Assembly (NCBI GenBank): GCA_001179505.1
Contig: CDMY01000806.1
Location: forward strand, 1-18,771
DNA from: Vitrella brassicaformis CCMP3155
Lineage: Eukaryota > Protista > Chromerida
Reading direction: 5' to 3'
Length of the DNA stretch: 18,771 nucleotides
Shown here piece after piece: positions 1 through 8,799 of the stretch (the first letter of the stretch is position 1; each line of letters starts with the position of its first letter). The notes below the pieces were generated by a model, which ran no database searches, was not told where the DNA came from, and saw only the letters and a list, made by a program, of their open reading frames with translations. The position numbers and the translations under genes were made by a program.

Positions 1-598
1 CAGTACGTCCCTTCTCCCGAGCTCATTTGGTGCTAACACCTCTATTCTCGAGCGCCCTGACAATCTGCATAGCCTTGTTCTCTTTCGTCGTGTTCAGAAC
101 ATTCGACGCCGGCTTCCTCAGATACCTTCAGATTTCTCATCCATAGGTAGATGCCGACTGGAGCCTTGAATCAACACCGTGACTTCTTGGACCTGGCACA
201 CAAACATGCATAGACAACAGCACACGTGACGAGAAGCCATTTCTGTACTTCTTCGCGCCTTCTTACACCAGATCGGATATATATGGAGCCCTCTGAAGAG
301 TTACACTTTCACCTGCAAAAAATGCAGCGAGTGTTTCACAAGCGGAGGCCAATTCAGTTGGTTGGCATCTCTCTTGTCCTCTATCGAAACCTGCCGATCC
401 TAGGTAGGTGTTTGGAAATCCACGCCCTCCCTCCACACATGAGGCATACGCAGGTGAGCCCTCGGGCTTTAGATTGCTTATGTCTTACTTTTATCACCGC
501 GAAAGCATGGTCGTCCGACGCGTCCCTTGGTGCGCCCAGCGCCCCACCATACAGCCGCTACCAAACCAGCCGACGCATGGACAGCGGGTAAAGAGACA

Positions 599-950
599 CT
601 TGCAGTAAGAGAGAGAGACTTGCAGAGCCAAGCATCTTACCGTAAGGGATTCGCTTGAAGCTTGTTCGATCATCCTTAGAGGCCAGTGGACCTTTTTCTC
701 GGAAGGACACAACATGTCCACCCGAAGTACTACCTGCAGAGCGAGAGAGATACATACAGTCACGTATCGTCTTGTTTACCTTTCCTGCGAGTTGTCCGTT
801 CTGTCCGCTATAGAGCTGAGCTTTGCTGCCCATGCTTCTGCTCTTTTTGACGTGGCCATGGAACTCATCAATTGACGCTTCTCACGCACAGCTTTTTGCG
901 CGCCGGGCATCTGAGCGAGATCGAACGAGGAGATGAGCAGCGACAGCCAG
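599..950 (-). pseudogene. Possible intron-containing gene fragment or relic, product unknown
   Basis: The minus strand shows two short GT-AG intron-like segments with pyrimidine tracts (734-779 gtaaac...ctgcag; 599-640 gtaaga...gcaag) around a 93-nt exon-like block. I could not build a stop-free spliced ORF or recognise a family. Confidence 0.25.
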
Positions 951-1070
951 TACCTGCTGTTCTTATCTATCCTGTCTCGAGAGTTCTCTGTCGGCCGCAA
1001 AGTTTGCGAGAACAGAGAGAAAATGGGTGTTAGGGCGTCCATTTTCTAGCTGGAGCGCCCGGTTTTTTCT

Positions 1071-1164
1071 CAGCGGTTTCGGGATATACCCTAGGCGGCC
1101 TGACGGCCTGATCCCATGTCTGTCCATCCCAACATGCAACATGCAACACGCACCCCAACATGCA
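1071..1164 (+). repeat. Left copy of an ~90-bp repeat whose inverted copy lies at 2703-2789
   Basis: cagcggtttc..taccctaggcggcctgacggcc..tcccatgtctgtccatcccaacatgcaacatgc..accccaacatgca aligns with the reverse complement of 2703-2789, with scattered substitutions and one 7-nt indel. Confidence 0.85.
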
Positions 1165-1685
1165 ACACGCAGCACGCAAAGGGCAGAAGCAGCTAACAGG
1201 TGGATATGCAATGCGCTGCGAACGACGGCAACATACGAGCAGACACGTAGCGTCGCACGCACGCCACCCCGGCGGGCGGCCTGAATGGGGCGGCCCCACG
1301 GCGGCGTGCGTGCTGGACCATGGCTCTTTACGTACATACCGCACATCCCCAGCTGGCCAGCCAGTGCAGATCGACCAGTCACACGCAAATATGCCCTTGA
1401 TACGAACACACACGGGGAGATGAGGATGTCCGAAAGCGGAGCGCACCGCCGCTCCACTCTCCACGGCGGAGAGTGGGCTGGCGGCAGGCGGCCGGCTCGC
1501 AGACAACCACAAAGCATGCCCGTACACACACCGCAGGGAAAAACACAGGGGCAGACACACACAGGCCAGGGAGGTCCACAGAGAGCCACGCAACCGGACA
1601 CCGTGCCGATACACACACCCCACGCTACACGCCCTTATACGAACATACTAGTCGATGCATAAGAACACCGATAGCCCAGCCTCAG

Positions 1686-1701
1686 ACACACACATATACA
1701 C

Positions 1702-1734
<33 letters not shown>
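1686..1734. repeat. (CACATA)n/(CA)n microsatellite, a likely tail or target of the adjacent non-LTR element
   Basis: Directly visible; it lies about 70 nt downstream of the minus-strand stop at 1804. Confidence 0.85.
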
Positions 1735-2368
1735 GGCACAGTGAAGTTACATGCGTACGAAAAGAAGGCGCGGCACAGTGTGGCCGAAGGGCGAGCAAAA
1801 GGCCTAGTGGGGTGAATAGGGGCCCCTCCCCCAGACCTCGTCTCTGGGGAAGGGGCGGATGAATGGTGTGGTGGCCTCACTCTTGCCGCGCACCGTAAGA
1901 GCGCACTCACGCTTGACTGCACACGACAAAAAGGCCCACCACCGGGCCACGACGCGGCCCGTCGAAAAATCCCTGTCGTCCCTGTAGTGAGTTTCCTTCA
2001 CTGCCTTGCCTAGCTTGTGCAAAAAGGTCGCCATGGTCGGAGATCAGCGTCCATACGACTCGAAGGGCAAAGGCAAGAACGTGCACCCTCCCCGTAAAAA
2101 GGCAACGGCATACAGGTCCCTCTTGCGTTTCTCGGCCGCGCGAAGGGCCGTGCCGGGCTGCTGGTTGATGAGGTTCCTGGGCTCGCCTGGGCGGTCGGCG
2201 TGGGTGGGGTGAGTGCCGGTGATGTCAGCCATGATCTTGGGAGCCGTCATGCTGAGTGATCACCAGGTCCATCCGCTGCTTGTCGGTCGTTTGCGAGAGT
2301 GGGCACTGGTAGTCACGCAGAAGCTGCTCTGTCTTCACGCTGGGGCATTGGGCCTCCTTGCAGATGCC
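1686..2368 (-). mobile_element. 5'-truncated, degenerate 3' end of a CRE/R2-type non-LTR retrotransposon (restriction-like endonuclease domain, 3' region and repeat tail)
   Basis: Joined minus frames read GICKEAQCPSVKTEQLL...KQRMDLVITQHDGS / KIMADITGTHP...ALRAAEKRKRDLY...GCTFLPLPFESYGR*SPTMATFLHKLG...FLSCAVKRECA, ending at 1804. This fits the RLE pattern RxD...DxT...AExxKxxxY...FxPxxxExxGxW. There is a frameshift near 2240 and TGA at 2044-2046 where Trp is expected. Confidence 0.8.
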
Positions 2369-2702
2369 CGTCTTTTCTTGTCGAGAAAACGATTAAGGGT
2401 TCCGATCAAAACTATGATTTCGCGAATTGGGCTTGTACCAATTTGCGTCTTTCTGAAACAACACGTGCGGCAGACAAAACGTTCGATCACGATCGTATGG
2501 GAGCAAAAAGAACACCAATGACACCGGTCGTGTTGTTTACACTACTACAGACACGCGAATGCGTCAAAAAGTCTTCGTGCTTCACGTTTGTTTGTACTTG
2601 ACGCGTGTTAAACTCATGACCCTATAACATGCGATAAATTGATGCACCCTAAAGCGGAGAATCTAAAGCTCGCAAACTGAAGCCACTGAGAAGTGTGCGT
2701 GA

Positions 2703-2789
2703 TGCATGTTGGGGTGCATGTTGCATGTTGGGATGGACAAACATGGGACTGGGCCGTCAGGCCACCTAGGGTACTCCTTGAAACCGCTG
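2703..2789 (-). repeat. Right (inverted) copy of the 1071-1164 repeat, followed by two further partial subunits to ~2858
   Basis: Reverse-complement match to 1071-1164. The subunit gcc(a/g)cctagggt(a/g)ctc..tgaaaccgct recurs at 2761, 2805 and, partially, 2847. Confidence 0.85.
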
Positions 2790-3715
2790 CAGCTGAAGCG
2801 TCAGGCCGCCTAGGGTGCTCCCTGAAACCGCTCCCTGAAGCCGTCGCCTAGGGTGCTCAGAAGGAAGCAGGCGAGCCGTGTTCCTTCTGAGCGTGAACGC
2901 CGAAAAAGCGCAACATCGATCAAAAGAGTAAGCATCAACTGACTGAACACACGAAACGAGCCAGTTTGTGGTTGTGTTTCTCCTTTGTCCGTTCTGTTAC
3001 GAGGTGGCATTTTGAGCCGAATAAGAGACTGAATTCAAGCACCATTTCTTCCCGTCTCCGGCTCATTCTCAGTGAAGTTCCCAGGGGAATGACGCTTCGC
3101 TGATAAAAGGAGGGAGGTGTTCTTGCAGCACCTGACCCCACACGGCATCGGACACACAAAAATCCGGCCGAATTTTACCAGAGTGAGCCGTGGCGCGTGT
3201 GTGTGTGGCTGTGCCACCCGCGCGAACGAGAGACGTCTGAGCCACGTCTGTGGTGTGATGATGGTGCAAGGGACGACATGAGTGTTATAGATGGGTTGCA
3301 TGATGAGTGTAGTGTATCTGTTGACAGTGAAGGGGTAGATAGGAGGAAGCAGATGATACATGTAAGGTAGGAAAGTCGGGCACATGCAGACAGGCATGAT
3401 TCCGAGAAGCACACAACAAATGGACGGCAGGAGGAAGACATGGCAAGGCGCAGCTGACACGGGGCTCTCAGAGACCGGAAGAGACACTCAGGAACCATGA
3501 CAAAGGAGGGCACCTCGTGCAGCATGCAGAAGCCACGCCTCGGAGGAGAAATGAGGCGGGCCGCCAGATATGACCGGCATTGCGAGGAAGAAAGTGGACA
3601 AGGCACCCTTGTCCTGCGCACGCACGAACGTGAGGGCGCATACGCGCGAGAAACGGCCTTCTTGAGCCATTTCGAGCGAGTTTCTCGGAGCCGAAATAAT
3701 AGTACATTGTGCAGC

Positions 3716-3785
3716 GAGCTTATCTAAGCGAGCTCGTTGGTACATTCTGAGCTTGTTATGCAAGCTCGTTGGTACAAATTGAGCA
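3716..3785 (+). repeat. Short tandem duplication, 32-33 bp unit, about 2 copies
   Basis: agctcgttggtaca occurs at 3731-3744 and 3763-3776; gagctt occurs at 3716 and 3749. Confidence 0.7.
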
Positions 3786-4189
3786 AGCAAAGACAAATGA
3801 CAAAAAGACTGTCTACTTGCCAACCTGCCTATATTGCTTCATCCCGACAGACAATTTTCTACCAAATCGACAGAATCGTTGACTTTGACAGATTTTTCAT
3901 TTTCTTTGCTTATTATGGACACAAGCATCAATGTATGCGCCTCCCCCACCACCCTGTGCGGCGGCGTTCATTAAATATACGTGTACGGCCTCCAGTGGGC
4001 GAATACGAGCGACCACAGCCTCAACACAGAGAGACATCATCTCTCATCACGTCCAGTGAGTCAGGTGAGCATCAAGCTTACGCACTGACTTCATAGTGCG
4101 GGAACCTCAAGCGAGGGACACGCACAACCGACACATGACTGACAGACAGTCACACCAAGCGAGCAACAGATGCGCACGCTCGGGACAGA

Positions 4190-5230
4190 ACGCCAACCAA
4201 CCAACCAATCAGCCGAGGGGCCCTCGTGCAGTTCATGCAGCTTGTTGAGCTTGGCCAGCTCTTCACGCAGGCAGTCAGGCCATTCCTGCCTCAGCCATTT
4301 ATCGTCGAAATCCATCTAGCTTCTGCCATTCCTTTGACAGGCGGAAATACGCATACTCAACCTGCACATCGACCTCCTCCTCCTGATCTTCACTGCATTG
4401 CATGGAGAGAAGAAACATCATCACATATCTCTTTCACAAAGAATAGATGTCTGGTAAGTAAGGAGGAGGTTGAGATTCTTGCCTTTTACCTTCCAGACAG
4501 TGCGACAGAAGTCAGGGACAATAGGAAGTTGAATACGCTTGACTGTTCGATTGATAGGTGTTGGTGTGAGGCGGAGGAAGCTCTTGCTGACAGGGAAAGA
4601 GCTCACAGCCGGTGTCAGAGCACTCAGCTTGTTGCGCTGCTGCTGGAGCTCAATGATGATCCTGGCGGCTCCCATTTGATTGACAAGCCGATCGACAGTC
4701 ATCGACGGCAGTCTTCGACAGCGCCTTCAACGCAAGGTACACAGAAATGCACATAGAAGAGACAGACAGACAGACAGATAGATTAGGTGGATACATGCAT
4801 GGTGTACTCGTACTCGTCATCATCGCACCTCTGTCGCTCGTCATCACCTCACATCCAATTGCGTCCAGCGATGCATTGATGTACTTGCGTGCAGCGATGC
4901 ATTGATGTGTTTGGCGAAGTACGCCTTTAACGTGGGTGCAGCAGGAGCAGCAACCTGAGGGCTGTCTTGTGCCGTCCGTCGAGTGAGAGATGGTCTCTTT
5001 GCCGCCAGTGAGGTCAGACAGGTAGACGGGCCCAAGCAGCTACAACACATGTGTTGCAGTCTCCGTGTTTTTCGCGTACAGGCGGTCGTATTGGTCATTG
5101 AGCAGCTTCTGGGTCTCTTCGGCGAGTGATGTGGCATGATCTTTCTCCTTGTCACGAAGTATCGATAAATCTTCACGTCGTCTTCTTCACGAGTTCTGCA
5201 TGAGCTTGTGACGCCTATCGTCACTCGGTA
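4190..5230 (-). pseudogene. Decayed multi-exon protein-coding gene, product unknown
   Basis: A protein-like frame LPSDDRRHKLMQNS*RRRREDLSILRDKEKDHATSLAEETQKLLNDQYDRLYAKNTETATHVL*LLGPVYLSDLTGGKET has in-frame stops at 5187-5189 and 5040-5042. A 26-bp frameshifting duplication lies at 4859-4908. Further exon-like blocks follow (MTVDRLVNQMGAARIIIELQQQRNKL...; DFDDKWLRQEWPDCLREELAKLNKL) with GT/AG-like borders. Confidence 0.5.
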
Positions 5231-5534
5231 AGTCCGACACAAACGCTGCATGCGACTCGCACCATGTGCCGTGTGTTTGAACAACGTCAGCATGATCTTA
5301 GTGTGCTTCTCTTTGCACCCACTCTGAGTACCTGCATGTTGTCAACCCCTCTGTTTTCAAGATCCGAATGTTTTCAAGCTCTCGCCGTTGTTGCACGAGT
5401 CGGTGTCCTTTTCATCGACACTCGTGCTGTGCACGTTCGTGTGACTCATACTTGAACCAACAACAACGCTGATTTCGACCCCCGCCCAATTCGCGGCCCG
5501 GGGTGCCCACTGCGTGGGCGCCCCTTACTTGGAA

Positions 5535-5634
5535 TTTCACATGTGTGAAAGTGATTTCACACGTGTGTGAAATAAACTCACACATGTGTGAAATAAATAT
5601 ACACAGGTGTGAAAAGTTCCACACCGGTGTGAAA
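5535..5634. repeat. Array of five palindromic units, each ending in GTGTGAAA, period 20-22 bp
   Basis: The units are tttcaca-tg-tgtgaaa, atttcacac-gt-gtgtgaaat, tcacacatgtgtga, acac-ag-gtgt and cacaccggtgtg. GTGTGAAA starts at 5543, 5565, 5586, 5607 and 5627. Confidence 0.85.
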
Positions 5635-6110
5635 AGGATGCCGACGGGCTCACTAATCTGGCCATTTTCCTTCCATCCCGACCTCATCCTCAGTACCTCT
5701 CCTTGATTTTCCCTACTTGTCGCATTTCAGTGCTTCCAGCCACTCCCATTCCTTTCGTCGCTCGTATCCTTCCATTCCTATCCTCTGTGAGTCCGCCTTG
5801 TCCACCGTTGAGAGGGTAGTCGGGCATCCTAGTGAGCGGTGAGTCTCGTCTCAGCACCGCGTTCCCTCTGTCTTAGCTCATTGAGAGATTCCCTGCCCGG
5901 AGAGAGGGGCCACGGGCCACCTAGACTGCCAAGGCACAGGGCGCCATGATGTGTGAGTAATCCCCCAAGACGGCTCTCCTCCTTCCGTCAGTCGGGCGGG
6001 CCTCCGGCCTGTCTGGCTGATGGACCTTCCTTGAAGTTGGCTTGCCGAGGATGAGCCCGAGCGCGGTGCTGTGTGTGGAGGGCAGTCGCGTCTCAACACG
6101 GATAGAGGGA

Positions 6111-8190
6111 TACACTCCAGGATGCGCAGGTGTGCACACAAAGACATTCATCACATACACACACTCCAAGTCCAAATGTGTATGCGCAGGTGTGCGCACA
6201 CAGACATTCATCATATACACCCAGTCCTAAGTAAAAACGCCACCCACTCCAAAGTAAAAACGTGTATGCGCAGGTGTGCGCACAGAGACATTCATGATAT
6301 ACCCACACTCCAAGTCCAAACGTGCATGCGCAGGTGTGCGCCCAGAGAAGACGTGCATGCGCAGGTGTGCGCACAGACATTCGTCACATACCCACACTCC
6401 AAGTCCAAACGTGTATGCGCAGGTGCGCTCCCAGAGAAAACGTGCATGCGCAGGTGTGCGCACAGAGACATTCGTCATATACATACACTCCAAGCCCGGA
6501 CGTGCATGCGCAGGTACGCGCACAGAGACATTTAACATATACCCGCCAAAAGTGCATGCGCACGTGTGCAAAGAAAGACATTCAAACGTGTATGCGCAGG
6601 TGTGCGCCCAGAGAAAACGTGCATGCGCAGGTGTGCGCACAGAGACATTCGTCATATACACACACTCCAAGCCCGGACGTGCATGCGCAGGTACGCGCAC
6701 AGAGTCATCCTTAAGTCGACGTGTGCATGGGCGCAGGTACGCGCACAGAGGCATTCATCGTATACAAACTCCAAGTCCACGCGTGCATGCGCAGGTATGC
6801 ACACGGAGATTTTCATCAATTGCACACACTCCAAGTCCACGCGTGCATCCGCAGGTATGCGCACAGAGTCATCCTTAAGTCGACGTGTGCATGGGCGCGC
6901 AGGTGTGCGCACAAAGTCATCCATCATATACACACTCCAAGTCCACGCGTGCATGCGAAGGTATGCGCACGGAGACATTCATCATACACACACACTCCAA
7001 GTCAACGTATGCGCAGGTGTGCGCACAAAGTCATCCATCATATACACACTCCAAGTCCACGCGTGCATGCGCAGGTGTGCGCACAGAGACATTCATCGTA
7101 TGCACACAGTCCAAGTCGACGCGTGTACGCTCAGGTGTGCGCACACAGGCATCCATCATATATACACACTCCAAGTCGACGCGCACTCCAAGTCGACGCG
7201 TGTACGCTCAGGTGTGCGCACACAGGCATCCATCATATATACACACTCCAAGTCGACGCGTGCATGCGCAGGTGTGCGCACCAAGACATTCATCATATAC
7301 ACACCCTCCGAGTCTAAAGGTGCTTGCACATGTGTGCGTACAGAGGCATTCATCATCATCTCGACACACTTGAAGTCCTCGCGTGCATGCGCAGGTGTGC
7401 GCACAGAGGCATTCCTCATATACACACACGCAGGTGTGCGCCCTGAGACATTCATCATACATACACACTCCAAGTCCACGCATGCATGCGCAAGTCTACG
7501 CAGCGCACACAGAGGCATTCATCATTACACACACTCCAAGTGCAAACGTATATGCGCAGGTGTGCGCACAGAGACATTCATCATTATATACACACACTCC
7601 AAGTGCAAACGTATATGCGCAGGTGTGCGCACAGAGACATTCATCATTATATACACACNNNNNNNNNNNNNNNNNNNNNNNNNNNNNNNNNNNNNNNNNN
7701 NNNNNNNNNNNNNNNNNNNNNNNNNNNNNNNNNNNNNNNNNNNNNNNNNNNNNNNNNNNNNNNNNNNNNNNNNNNNNNNNNNNNNNNNNNNNNNNNNNNN
7801 NNNNNNNNNNNNNNNNNNNNNNNNNNNNNNNNNNNNNNNNNNNNNNNNNNNNNNNNNNNNNNNNNNNNNNNNNNNNNNNNNNNNNNNNNNNNNNNNNNNN
7901 NNNNNNNNNNNNNNNNNNNNNNNNNNNNNNNNNNNNNNNNNNNNNNNNNNNNNNNNNNGCAGGTGTGCGCACAGAGACATTCATCATTATATACACACAC
8001 TCGAAGTCCTCGCGAGCATGCGCAGGTGTGCGCACAGAGGCATTCATCATTACACACGCTCCAAGTGCAAACGTGTGTGCGCAGGTGTCCGCACGGTGAC
8101 ATTCATCAGATACACATACGCCAAGTCCAAACATGCATGAAGACATTCATCATATGCACACACTCCAAGTCCAAACATGCATGCGCATAC
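6111..8190 (+). repeat. Tandem satellite/minisatellite, ~58-63 bp unit with ~30-bp subunits, interrupted by a gap
   Basis: The approximate consensus is CACACTCCAAGTCCACGCGTGCATGCGCAGGTGTGCGCACAGAGACATTCATCATATACA. CTCCAAG recurs at 7534 and 7597 (63 bp apart). The array continues on both sides of the 7659-7958 gap. Confidence 0.95.
7659..7958. other. Assembly gap (300 N)
   Basis: Run of exactly 300 N inside the satellite. Confidence 1.
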
Positions 8191-8223
8191 GAGAAAAAAG
8201 CATCGAATACAATCTAACTGCCT

Positions 8224-8799
8224 TCACCCTTGATCTTGCCGATAATGCTCAATCACTTCTACGTACCCTTTGAATTCTCCAGTGCCACTTCCATCTATCA
8301 CTTCTAAATCCGCAACCGCTTGTTGGCGCAGGGGGTTGCGGGGGTCATTGATGGAGTACCAAATGGCCTTGGATGAAGACTCTCCGTCCTCGTCCTTGAA
8401 TAAAGCGGTGCCGGATGAAATCAGCAACTCTTTTGCCGCTTTCTTTATATCTGTGCAGTTCTCGAACACCGAGGCTGAGGCTGTCACGGTCAGGGTACCT
8501 TCAAGCGCGCCATCTGTTCACACGTCAAGTGGAAGAAGGGAAAAGGGAAGGAGGTCAGTGGCAGACTCACATATTTTGAACTTCTCCGAAACGGTCACAT
8601 TGCAAAAGCTGTTTCCACAGCTGTTACATGGAGGCGGAAGCGACGCACAGGATCCAGGAAGATCCTCATCGGTCAGGGAGTCGAGGCTGGTGACGACTGC
8701 GGTTCCCTTCAAGACCATCCCCTCCAGCTTTTCCGCAGCATTGAGCAGAGGGATGGCCGTGAAAAACAGGAAAAGGGGAAAACAAGGTGGATGACCCAT
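8224..8799 (-). CDS. Two-exon gene for a 172-aa predicted secreted protein (exon 1 8799-8571, intron 8570-8514, exon 2 8513-8224); possible DUF3224/AOC-barrel-like fold
   Basis: The ATG at 8799 opens a hydrophobic signal-peptide-like N-terminus, MGHPPCFPLFLFFTAIPLLNAAE. A 57-nt intron GTGAGT...GAACAG with a pyrimidine tract joins the two ORFs in frame (...EKFKI-Y-GALEGTLTVTAS...). The 229+290 nt give 173 codons ending at TGA 8224. The protein has a Cys cluster and NVT and NCT sequons. Confidence 0.75.

Noticed and set aside
963-1662. ORFs of 125-217 aa on both strands
   Set aside because: They derive from CA/GT-rich low-complexity sequence and have no recognisable motifs.
2860-3700. Possible exons or ORFs on either strand
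   Set aside because: There is one plausible intron but multiple stops in every frame and no recognisable domain.
4220-4400. Chromodomain-like reading of EYAYFRLSKEW...KWLRQEWPDCL
   Set aside because: It needs a frameshift, and the aromatic spacing does not match the chromodomain consensus.
2421-5495. Exact 12-bp inverted match CGCGAATTGGGC (2421-2432) / GCCCAATTCGCG (5484-5495) as possible TIRs
   Set aside because: The match does not extend and has no TSD. About 20 chance 12-mer matches are expected in a window this size (roughly N squared / 4^12).
6111-8190. Possible CRISPR array
   Set aside because: The units are contiguous degenerate repeats with no unique spacers, there are no cas genes, and the context is eukaryotic.
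6071-8217. Many long overlapping ORFs (up to 524 aa) rich in Cys/His/Arg
   Set aside because: They are translations of the ~60-bp satellite in several frames on both strands, some running through Ns; there is no evidence of coding function.
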